DNA of 63,344 nt, counting the filler, from Choristocarpus tenellus KU-1152 (taxonomy: Eukaryota; Protista; Phaeophyceae): the NCBI GenBank assembly GCA_964200185.2. It is 11 parts of 11 records of this genome, joined end to end, with 100 filler letters (N's around TTAATTAATTAA, not from the genome) between each part and the next. Parts side by side here need not be neighbours in the genome. Positions count along the whole stretch, not along the records: positions 49,197 to 52,795 come from CAXNAD020019029.1; positions 52,896 to 57,330 come from CAXNAD020014566.1; positions 57,431 to 60,128 come from CAXNAD020025544.1; positions 60,229 to 63,344 come from CAXNAD020022218.1; 7 more parts are not named here. One strand, 5' to 3'. Below, piece after piece: positions 52,726 through 63,344 of this stretch. Numbering within the stretch: position 1 is the first letter of the stretch; the number at the start of each line of letters is the position of its first letter. The position numbers were made by a program, and so were the translations under genes. The notes below the pieces were generated by a model. The model had not been told where the DNA came from. It did no database searches and was given only the letters and a program-made list of their open reading frames with translations.

Positions 52726-53771
52726 AGTAACAGCCGTTTTCAAAAATTGAGGATGGAGCTTTTCATTGAGGATGGGCTTGACCCAAAATTGACTGNNNNN
52801 NNNNNNNNNNNNNNNNNNNNNNNNNNNNNNNNNNNNNNNTTAATTAATTAANNNNNNNNNNNNNNNNNNNNNNNNNNNNNNNNNNNNNNNNNNNNAGGCA
52901 AAGTCCACCAGTGACCATCGCGATCACCTGGTGTGCCACTAGGGTGCCCCTGTGCTATGCACTCACCATGTGTGAATTCCCCCCTTCCAGTTACCCCCCT
53001 CCCCCCCCATACCGCCCTCTGACTCCTTGACGGATGCCAAGAGGTGGGAGTTGTTCATTGGGCCTCTATTACGATGCTCACTTGAGTAGTCTTCTGATTT
53101 GTCCCTTCTCCCCTTGTCTTGAATATTGTGATTATTTATCTTGAGTCTGACTAATTTGAATTTGACATTTCGATCCAATCAGTAATTTTTGACTTTAATA
53201 AAAAAAAGAGGTCTGTGCCCAACGTGTCTAGCTAGCTGAGTGTGTTCACTGGTGCTTGTGTCCCTGTTTTTTGTTCACTATACCAGACATAAATCCCAAG
53301 AAGTATTGAGTATGATTGGGGAAGGGGGTGAGGGGGGAGGGAGAGATAAGTAATGATGGGCTCATGGGTGGCAGAAATGGTATTGCATGCAGTAGCTGTT
53401 AGAAGCCGCCAAAAAGCAAAGGTTTTGGAGGTCTCCCCATGGTTCTCAGTAAGGAGGGTGAAAATGATTTGTGTTTCCCTTGTTTTTTTTATGGTTTGAT
53501 GCTATCTAAACCCCAAAACAGATTTTTGTTTATTTTTTTAATATTGCTGGGCGTGGGATGACTACACTGATGTTGACAAGGTTGGGCAGGGAGGCTTGTG
53601 GGTTGGCAGAGTGAGTTTACTGAGTTTATTCCAAGCTGTTTTACCCTAGGTTTGTCCCTGCGTGGTGCTCTTGACAATTGTAATGGGTGTTGTATGTGTG
53701 TTTGTGTTTTTATCACATATATATATGTTACAGCCTGGATGGGGGAATTGGAATTGTTTGTTGTGAGTGTT

Positions 53772-53810
<39 letters not shown>

Positions 53811-54999
53811 ACTGTACATGTGTAGCAATCCCTGTCTACTAATCCTTGCAAATTAGAAAACCTTAGCTTGCAGTGGAGGCCCACCTCCTGTACAGTGCAA
53901 GTTTTATGAGGTCTCTGCAGAGGGCAGACAGGAGTGATTTTTTTATTGCAGCAGTGCCAACCTAGTTCTTGAGCTTCGTTGAAGGTGTAGGCGGGCGGGT
54001 CATACCATGAACAGAATGTGTATATAACGGAGGAATGTGCATCTTTGTTCTTTTGTAGACACAGCAAGAGAGTTTGTCTCTAACTCTCTAACTCTCTAAC
54101 CCTAACCCTAACTCTCTTGCTGTTTGATTCATTTCGCTAAAAAAAAAGGAAGAGGTGGCTGGTATATCTCTGCTTATGGGGCAGTCTCAACAGCGATTGA
54201 AATGAGATCTGAATGCGTGGAATGGTGCCAATGCTTCACACACGCACACACGCACGCACACACTTTTTTTTATCACCTACTTGATGTTTTAGTAGAGTAG
54301 AGTCGTAGAGCACCTGGAGTGCATTTTGTTGTGCAGTGGGAGACACTGATACGGTTGAGTGCCTGCAATATCGCTGCCCTGAAAGGAAAAAAAAGAAGCT
54401 GAAAGGGCAGCGATCACTCCCGGAACAAAGATCTCCTAGACTTTGATTGAATTAGCCAGGTGAGATTTATTGACAGATTAATCGCTGGGTCGATTGATGG
54501 ATGGTGCTCATTAGTTTGACACGTGATGATGCCTGGTGCTAGAAAACGTTGTGCAGCAGAGTACAAGGTTTTCCATAGACAAGAAAAGTACAACATCCTC
54601 AGTAGACCTGTGGTCAAAGAGACTACAAAAATCAGATTAGAAAAAAAAAAGAATACTTCAAGAAAATAAACAAAATATTGCAGACAGAAATAATACAACA
54701 AATATAATGTAGAACAATGGATGAAATGCGAAAAAATCAAATAATAAAAAATACACATTTTTTAGATATTATATGTAACACAAAAGGGAAAAGAGAAAAA
54801 CTAAAATTTAGCAAGAATAGAGAACGCATGAAGGAGTGTATAAGTACAAGTACCAACCAATTGACCCCATCCAGTGTGCATGAGTAAACTTACTAATAAT
54901 CGCAAAGGTCCATGGTGCTCCTTTATCCTCTATTCATTCAGAACACGAATGGACACTTCGAAAAAAAAAGCAACAACACAACAAGAGAATAGCAAGAAG

Positions 55000-56250
55000 A
55001 GACATAATGAGAAAACAAGGCAAGACATATCCACAGGGCAATGGCAAATGACTGGTATCAATACAATCGCCAAGGAGGTGTCCTTAACAGTCTCTATGCG
55101 CCATGGCATTCCTTCTTGAACCTGTTGCCATGCAGTTTGCACTAGAATCTGAAAAAGATCCCTTTCAGTTTCCAGGACGCTGGTGACGAAGGTGATGTCT
55201 ATGTTGTCAATCTGTTCCTGAATTCACTTGTTGCGGCTGCTGCTTGTCGTTGCTTAAGCAGGAGATCATTATCTTCTAGCTTGTTGGGGGAAAAATGTAC
55301 CAATGCAGCTGTCAGGGTTGGACTGGACAGCACACCCTTTGGGTTCCACAAGATTCTCCCATACTTCTGGAATCGATTCCAAAAATGGAATACAAAATGG
55401 ACTCAGAAGTCAGAGTGATATCGATATAATATGGCGATCCGATTTCAAGGTAGTTTGCATGATCGTATTTTAGAAGAAGGCGTCAGTTGGGCTAACCAAT
55501 TAGCCCCCTTAGGATCGACCCTTTAGTGAAGTGAAAGAAAGAGGTGTTGATGAGTGCAAGTTTATTCTTCTCTCCTACAAACGTCTCTAGGTGAACAATA
55601 TATTCTAACATCATTCACTTTATATCTGATGCAGGATCCAAGAAGCAATCTCAGTTGTATCATCATCATGCAAGGGAAAACACAACCTCCAAATCACTAC
55701 GGCCCACCATGATGGAGGACGAGTTCTGTGAATTGGATACAACTATTTGTCTCGAAGCAAGGCTTGTAATTAGACATGAAACATCTTCGAAAAATTCGTA
55801 TGACATGAAGCCGTGTTATCCCAGATCCACTTCTCCCTTTTGGCCACCCCCAATATTCTTTCAACTCACCCTTGCATGGAGCATCGCTGTGCCTGGAGTC
55901 TTCATTGGTGGCCATCAATGCGAATCACTCCTGGTCACTACAGTTAATGACTCTAGCTATAATGCATCATTTGAAGGACTCATCCTTGACTACCTCGTGC
56001 CCTGTATCCTCCTTTTTCTCCAACTGTCACTATGGTCATGAAGTCCCAAGTGCATGTGGCAGCATCAATTGGGGACATCCACTGCAAATTGTGGAGGTCT
56101 TGCTTGGGCAAGCATCCTTATTGTATCCAGTCTTTCCACACCTATCACAAGCAATTTTCTCGCACAACTTGGAATCAGAATCGTAACTATTATTCTACTT
56201 TCCAAATCAGACCTTTTTGTTCTTCCACTGAATCCCCACCACCTGCCGCG
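55000..56250 (-). mobile_element. Old Copia-like gag/protease remnant
   Basis: The minus strand gives CDRCGKTGYNKDACP (zinc knuckle-like) and KWIWDNTASCH (protease-like). Confidence 0.55.
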
Positions 56251-56679
56251 GCCTTGGCCCTTGTGATGAGATCAAAATCACTTGTGTGTGTGTGCGGAGA
56301 GGTATTTGACTGAGATCAGCTTCCAATGGGACCAGTCGTCACATTAGTAAGAAGTTACTTTTAGATGAGAGGATATATATGTCAATAATAGATATGATGG
56401 CATAAAATGTGGAAGGGAAATTGTTGGTACTTCCACCATTCAGATCAAATGAAACATAACTTTTATAGCCTCGATGAAGAAGAAAGATTTTTATTACTTG
56501 TTCATATTTTATGGGCGTATTTCGCGGACACTAAAAAATGGCCCACCAAATCTCATGCAAAATGGGGTAGATTACACCTACTCACGATTCCACTCCAGAA
56601 GTCCTCCAAAAATGATCCTCGGGTGGTATTTCATCGCATCCACCGGGGCATTAAGGGGGAGCTTGCCCACGTTCTAAGC

Positions 56680-57210
56680 CCCGTCCTTGCTAAAGATGGG
56701 GAATTTGGAAGGCGTTGCCACCCTTGGACCCCAGCACTTCACCGTAGAGCGTGAAGAGGCTCTGCTGGATATGATCTAGTATTTCCTGGGCATGCACATC
56801 AAAGCCTCCATTGTTGCCTCCATCAGCTCCTCTGTGTTGGTCACCCGCACATCTCCCTTCAGTTCCTGGGTGGAATGAAGAATCCCAGGTTGATGTTGAA
56901 ATCAGGCGAGCTGGCTGGCTGGATCTCTACGACATTGTCATCCCCCGCTGCCTCCTTGATTGCCTCCACAATTCCCCCCTTGGTGTGTCGTATTGTCCCA
57001 TCCTGCTGCACGAAGATGGTGAACCCTTCCAACCTAGGCATGCAGGTCTTGATTGCCGGGATGGCATCCTCGATCATGAGCTTCTTATACCTCTCCGCAT
57101 CTATTGTGGCTGGCACAAGCACCTTTGGTGCCCTTGGCGTGGTGTTTGTGGGAGTGCTGAGTGACCTTAGTGTGCACGATTGGCCAGATCCTAATATACC
57201 CATTGAACCA
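56680..57210 (-). mobile_element. Second mariner-like transposase fragment (catalytic C-terminal part)
   Basis: YKKLMIEDAIPAIK..IFVQQDGTIRH..QPASSPDFNINLGFF. Confidence 0.88.
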
Positions 57211-57430
57211 CACCCTGTTGGAGATTTTCATAGGGTGGGCCGCGGCTGCAAGGAACATCACCTTCGTAATGTAACACTTATTCTGTGCCCATGGGTCTTG
57301 GGGGGGTCCTCAGAAGGGTTCAAGTACACANNNNNNNNNNNNNNNNNNNNNNNNNNNNNNNNNNNNNNNNNNNNTTAATTAATTAANNNNNNNNNNNNNN
57401 NNNNNNNNNNNNNNNNNNNNNNNNNNNNNN

Positions 57431-58686
57431 CCACGTAGGAAGGGTGCCTAAGTGTCCCTAAATACCAGGGTTGCGCTTCCAGTGCGGAACGCCCTCGCGA
57501 TGGTCCCTGTTGAGCATAAACTGCTGCGACATGTTGGGCTGGCCCTCACAGCAGAGTTTGGAGTGTCCGAGCATTACATGTGAGGGCTCTGGGAGGACGT
57601 CGCCAATCAGCTTGCCCGTGGCCACACTCTTGACCTAGGGGTAGTGATACGTAGTGGGTGGCCTTTGGAGTTCACACTGACCAAGATGACCGCAATTCAT
57701 AGTATCGACTCCAATAATCGGTCATCCACAGTGTATCAGGTGACGATGAAAATGATCGCCAAGGGGCTGAATTATAGCACGAGCACCATAAACAGGTGGT
57801 TGAATGATATGGGGGCCATGCCGAATCGCGACTGGATCAAATCCTAGCTTAAATTTTGGCAAAAGGTGTGGAGAATGGACTTTGTTTGCGATCAAGTGAA
57901 CCTGAAACGTGGTGTGTACTCCTCAATGGCGAACACGATCCATGTGGATGACACCTGGTTTTACGTGATAGCTGATGGGGAAAGGGTTAGGGTATTTCCG
58001 CATGAGGATGATAGCGACCTTCCAATATCCCCAACTGTGCAGCACAAGAGTCATATCCCCCAAACCGTGATCATTGCAGCCAACACCCACCCAGATTCGG
58101 CTCACAGCTTTGCTGGAAAGCTTGGTGTTTGGCGTATGTGTGCACCAAAAACGGCAGACAGGACTAGCAAGAACCATGTAAAGGGGGACGTGTATGAACA
58201 GGACTGTACTTTAGACCATTTTTGGTACCGTAAGTGGTACACAGAAGGGTTACTGCCTGCAATTAAGACCAAGATGCCTTTGTTGCAGGGGGGCACATTG
58301 TCGTTCAGTAAGACGGTGCCACCCCCCACACAGGCAAGGCCAACTCAGAAATCTTATCAGGGGCAGGGAAGATTGGGAGGTGGTCGTTTAGGCTTGTGAC
58401 GCAGCCCTCTAATTCCTCCGACCTCAATCTCATGGACCTGTGCTTCTTCAGGTCTTTGAAATGCCGGGTGATGGGAGAGTGGTTTGGGTTCATTGAGGAG
58501 ATGGTAAAGGTTATCAAGAAACAGTATGAGGGGTACGATGAAACCACCTTTGAGAGGACTTGGCAGCTCCATTTTGTGGCGTACAATCGAGTACTTAGAT
58601 ACAAAGAGGGGAATGACTTCAGTGTGGAGCACACAGGGGTAAGGAAGAGGCAGTTGTCTGGTGAACTTGAAACATGCCAAAGGTAG
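57431..58686 (+). mobile_element. Tc1/mariner-superfamily transposase pseudogene (plant/oomycete DD39D-like type)
   Basis: IHVDDTWFY, VQHKSHIP, GKLGVW, RTSKN, LLPAIKTKMP, Q*DGATPH and QPSNSSDLNLMDLCFFRSL, with frameshifts. Confidence 0.9.
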
Positions 58687-58920
58687 ACATAGCTTTTTCT
58701 GTGACTCAAAAATTGTGATGGATGGGGAGTAATAATAATAAAATGAGCTAATCCTAACCAGAAATTCGTCGAGCATTACAAATCTTCTATTCAGAAATGA
58801 ATTTCATCAACATCTTCATCTTCAAAAGTTATGGACAACACAGAATAGACTTAGGGCGCAGAGGTAATAATACATACACTACAGAAAATACGATACACAT
58901 TTCCTCTGTTACAGAAAATA

Positions 58921-58992
58921 TGGACGCGCCGGGGATTGAACCCGGGGCCTCATGCTTGCGAAGCATGCGATCTACCACTGATCTACGCGCCC
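58921..58992 (-). tRNA. tRNA-Ala (anticodon CGC)
   Basis: Reverse complement GGGCGCGTAGATCAGTGGTAGATCGCATGCTTCGCAAGCATGAGGCCCCGGGTTCAATCCCCGGCGCGTCCA folds into a full cloverleaf with the G3:U70 alanine identity pair. A TTTT tract follows immediately downstream. Confidence 0.97.
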
Positions 58993-59159
58993 ATCACCAA
59001 TGATTGGAAGGTAGGATATGATCATTATTAAATAGTTCAAAACATAGGTTGAACCTGTAACATGTCCTTGAATGTACATGTACAACGTGGTAGAGGGTAG
59101 AAGACACAATGTAAAATAATCAAAATCAATTGAGAACATAAGACCTTTATGTTGTTATA

Positions 59160-59930
59160 TTTTATTTTATGCCCTCTTGACGTTTTGCAGATGTGTCAAG
59201 GGAAAAAACAAAGGTCATTTATATGTCAGAATTAAATAAGTAGCAGTTGTTGAAAAAATGTGAAAGACATTCATCTATTTATTATTTTAGTACCAGCTAC
59301 ACTACACCACCGCCCTCCTATGCCTCCAACCTAGCTTAATCCTGTACCCCAGGGTGAGGACCTAGGGAAGCATCCCAAGAATCTAACAAGCCCCTCCTTC
59401 CCCTTCTCCCTGGTGTCTCCAGCTTAAAACGCATGACATGTCTAGATAGGGCTACTTGTATTGTGACAGAGACGATCTGTCGTAGACGGGATTTGACAGC
59501 CCTTTTCCTGGTGTAGCCTCCTGTCGATCTCTTCCCCCTATACTGTTTTTCCCTCCGACATTTTGCAGATATGTCGAGGAAAAAACAAACCTATATCACA
59601 AGGACTGCTGCCAGCATAACACTTGTTTAAAGCAAAAGATTCCTCCCTGAAAATATTTACTCTTTGAAAACTAACTAGAAAACAATGCTCCCTTAAAGAT
59701 TGGTATATACAATGTGATGTGTACACTCCTATGCTTCTAACCGAGCTTAGCCCTAGAAACGTGGGCAAGGAGCTAGGGAAGTACCCCAAATAATATGACA
59801 AGCACTTCTTGACCATCTGCCTGCTGTGTGTCTCTGACTTGAAGCGCATGGCGCTTCTCGACAGAGCTTCACTTGTGCAGTGATGGACACTATCTGTCTT
59901 ACCATGTCCTCTCGCCCCTCTTCCACCCAA
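59160..59930. repeat. Diverged tandem duplication of about 400 bp
   Basis: CCCTC..GACRTTTTGCAGAT..GGAAAAAACAAA at about 59172 and 59551; CTCCTATGCYTCYAACC..GCTTA at about 59315 and 59726. Confidence 0.7.
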
Positions 59931-60059
59931 CTGCGTGCGTGGCTAACTCATGCCAAAACTTTCTGCTTGCTTTCCAAGGCGCTCAAAACTTTCACCCACG
60001 AAGGTGTTGAGAATAATACTACGAGAGTCAAAAGATCCCTCAGAGTGTGTGCTCTTTAG

Positions 60060-60128
60060 GGCTCAAAGTATCTGGGAGGGGGTAGCGGCTGTCCAGTTGG
60101 GGTCAATTTTTTCATGTCACGATTTTGG
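60060..60128. mobile_element. MITE family A, one end only, truncated by contig end
   Basis: GGCTCAAAGTATCTGGGAGGGG followed by family A subterminal sequence. Confidence 0.8.
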
Positions 60129-60228
60129 NNNNNNNNNNNNNNNNNNNNNNNNNNNNNNNNNNNNNNNNNNNNTTAATTAATTAANNNNNNNNNNNNNNNN
60201 NNNNNNNNNNNNNNNNNNNNNNNNNNNN

Positions 60229-60324
60229 GCCACCCCCTCCCAGATACTTTGAGTCTGCACTTTCCTGATTTTCACCAAAATGGACACCCTGGTGTAGACC
60301 CCCCCCCCCCAGATACTTTGGGTC
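60229..60324. mobile_element. Two nested or abutting family A MITE ends
   Basis: One terminus ends at 60255 (CAGATACTTTGAGTC). It is followed directly by the internal part and terminus (GGGTC at 60324) of another copy. Confidence 0.75.
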
Positions 60325-61130
60325 AAAAGCAATATCGAGTTATCAACTTCCAAGTAAGGACTATCTGGGTGGGGTATAAAAGAAACAAGAGGTCAAGAGG
60401 GTTGGCCGCAAAGGTGCTGCTCGCAGATGATGAGACACCCCAAAATATTTTGGGGAGGGGTACGCCAACCAAAGATGAGGCAAGGGCCCACACCGCTGCA
60501 GTGTTAAGGAGCCAGGACTTGATGCAGCCAGATGGAGTGCTCAAGAGGTTAGGAAGTTGATGCCAAAGAGCAAATGGAGAAACTCAAATTGGTCAGCAGA
60601 GAGGTGCTTGCCAGGGGGCACGTATACTGCCGATCCTGTATTTCCAATTCGTCTTCTACAACCATATTGACCAAACTGAGGCAGCGGAGGCTGTCCGCCT
60701 AGCAGCAGGAATGGGATAAAACAAGGTGTTCCGCATTGTGAAAAATTGCAAGCAGAAAGGTGAGATCTTTTGCACCTCTGGGACTGGGAGGAGGACAGTT
60801 CAAATGGATTCCGCAAAGAGGTGCAAGTTCCTTAAATCACATCTCGGCAAGTTGGAACTCTTCACTTTGGCATGATACTCGTTGGGAAATACGGTCTTCC
60901 CGTCGGGATTTGGTGACCTGGGTAAAGACAAAGTTTGGGATGGAACTTTCGTTGAGGGGTCTGGGTACCATCCTCAGTTACTTGGGCTATGTGAAGAGAA
61001 GGGGTCGAAGCAAGACGTTACCTCTCACACAGAGGAGAGGAAAGCACGTGCTGGCAGTTCCTGGTTGGATACACAGGCCTCTTCAAGGAGGAAGTTACAA
61101 AGGGGAGAATTAATTGTCGAAGTGAGATCG
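60325..61130 (+). mobile_element. IS630/Tc1-like transposase N-terminal remnant
   Basis: Winged-helix-like RRDLVTWVKTKFGMELSLRGLGTILSYLGY followed by QFLVGYT..KEE..G; no catalytic triad seen. Confidence 0.5.
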
Positions 61131-61329
61131 CATAAGGCTTGGGTGGTACGGTGACCCTAACTGGGATTGGATTGAGGGATGGAACGAGCAGACTGTGGCA
61201 TGTTCGTTGCCAATGCCCAGAGGGAAAATACAAAATACATCAAGGTAGAGGAAAATATATTTGAGGGAGATATTTCAACCTAATGAATGTTCTGGATGAG
61301 CTGAAAGATGTGAGAGTTTGGAAGACAAA

Positions 61330-61516
61330 GGCTCAAAGTATCTGGGAGGGGGGGTGGCGGCTGTTCATTTGGGAAAAAAAAATTGATGTCGCGATTTTTG
61401 GGTGATTTGGTTCCACACACCGGATGGATAATGTAAGTGCCCTTTTCCTGGAAATGGCCCAAAATGGACACCCTGGTATAACCCCCCCACCCCCCACCCC
61501 CTCAGATACTTTGGGT
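61330..61516. mobile_element. MITE family A
   Basis: AAA|GGCTCAAAGTATCTGG ... CAGATACTTTGGGT|AAA (last base lost or mutated). Confidence 0.85.
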
Positions 61517-63092
61517 AAATGGATACTAGAGTAGAGGGAACAGACGAGATTTTACAGGAGGATTATGAGGGGAAAGTCATGGTGGAAGATGGAAAAAATG
61601 ACAACTTCGAAGCTGACGATTCTGAGTCCATAATTTCTTAATGAATATCAAAAGACAACCCAGCAACATTCAGAGTTGTCCAGTCATTTTTTCCTTAAAA
61701 TGTCCTGCAATGCCAACCAAAACGATTCTGGCCACCAGAAATATATCCTATGAGTCCTGTGTATGTGATCGTTCCAATGACATAGATTTCACATCATGAA
61801 AGGTAAATCAATCATGTAAATATGAAAACAACTAAATACCTTCCAAAACAGAAAGGCTCCCCTTCTACAGATAGTGCACCCCATTGTAATTTGTCTTGTG
61901 AATCTAAGGTTATACTATAGCTTAATCGGTGCGTTAGAATTGTCAGCTTTCATTCCATACATATTTCATGGGATGAATCGACCCAGAGCACATTTCATAG
62001 CGTTTTGAATGCCTTGAGTCTACTTAATAAGGCTGAGAATTTTTACAAATTTGGCCTAAAACGGAACATATCTTGGGTTCCAGGGTGGAGTTAGGACCTC
62101 AAACCAATTGCATTCGATCCGACCTGTTTGTTATATAACTCGAAACATGCCAGAAGGTATGCCAAACACGTTGTGGACACTATTCCTCCAAAAATAGTAT
62201 AGTTCGTATGGAAATCAGAACACCTTGACTTCAACATAAACCCCCTCCAGCCCAAAGATGCCAGGAGTCACGCCACGCTCTCCCCTGTCTGACCCGCAAC
62301 TTTCGAGTAAGGAATATCAGGTTAAGTACCGCCGTACCATGAATCGTAATATATGATCTCAGCACGAATGCCAAGGAATAACAACGTTGGTGACATGAAT
62401 GGTACAACCTACAAATGGTCGTTGTAGACCTGATGCACCCCACTGACCATAACATTCGCAGGTTGTCCAACCATTTATTTCCCTACTATATGCATTAATA
62501 TCTGTTAGTTCCATCATGGATGACCACGAATATTAGCATTCGCGACCCGAAGTGCATGAGCTACAACTGTTTGGCTAGGCCTAACTGCAAAATGGTGTAT
62601 CCATCCCTCCACACCAACCCCACAATTGTGCTCAGTCTTCAACTATCGCTTTTACCATGGATCACGCCAGATGATATACCACCCCACAATATATCCGACT
62701 CTGTCCATTTCATCATCATTGCCCCGTATCCAACCAAATACCCACCCTACACTAATATTAGCCCCGACAATGTAAATCTTCCCATCAATACGTGGAAAGG
62801 TTGCTGATACTGTTTCGTCTGCATAGCACGCAACTCCATCCACATTTTCTGACGGGCACTACTCCTCTCCTCTGTGGGAAAGATTCCTCAGAAGTTGCCT
62901 TGAACCTTTCCTCGAGTCCTTCTTCCTCAAAACCTTCGAATTTGTCCTTTTCTTCTACTCTTCCTCAGCCTCTGCCTCCCCAATGGAACTCAGTTGTATT
63001 TATTTCCTGACTCTCAAGTTTGCTTTTAGGTCATCCTCTCTCTAACCTTTTGTCCACCCTCCCTACCTTATTTTTCTTTGTCAGAACGTGGA

Positions 63093-63279
63093 GGCTCAAA
63101 GTATCTGGAGGGGGGGGTGGTGGCGACTGTCCATTTGGGGTCAATTATTTCATGTCGCGTTTTTTTGGTGATTTCGTTGCATACGTCGGATGGATGATGT
63201 AAGTGCATTTTTGCTGGTTATGCCCCAATATGGACACCCTGGTGTAGACCCCCCCCCCCCTACCCAGATAGTTTGGGTC
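63093..63279. mobile_element. MITE family A, 4-bp TSD TGGA
   Basis: TGGA|GGCTCAAAGTATCTGG ... CAGATAGTTTGGGTC|TGGA. Confidence 0.9.
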
Positions 63280-63344
63280 TGGACTGATTTGCTTGTCCCT
63301 TTTTCCCTTTGGGAGTTATTTGAACTTTGAATTCCTAGTACAGG

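Overview
Eukaryotic, intron-rich, repeat-rich DNA, most consistent with a stramenopile/brown-alga-like nuclear genome (inference from gene types, intron style, TTAGGG tracts and the mariner types). The window is not contiguous: it is 11 short contigs joined by artificial 100-nt linkers (N44-TTAATTAATTAA-N44), so adjacency across linkers means nothing. Supported host genes are a complete 7-exon HRI-like eIF2-alpha kinase (14865-19896, +), a 3'-partial TPR + GT-A glycosyltransferase-like gene (34685-31471, -), a 5'-partial PEX12 with a likely GC-AG intron (43816-47198, +) and an intact tRNA-Ala(CGC) (58921-58992, -). The rest is mostly decayed transposons: Ty3/Gypsy and Ty1/Copia remnants, LTRs with tRNA-Gln primer sites, and Tc1/mariner, IS630-like and pogo-like fragments. 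There is also a large clan of MITEs sharing one terminal motif. The most unusual observations are (1) the MITE clan shows both 3-bp and 4-bp target duplications with no target consensus, (2) a putative LTR is fused to about 53 nt of reverse-copied mature tRNA-Ser ending in the anticodon loop, and (3) CpG-rich gene starts sit in a CpG-poor background. No CRISPR or other prokaryote-type system is supported.
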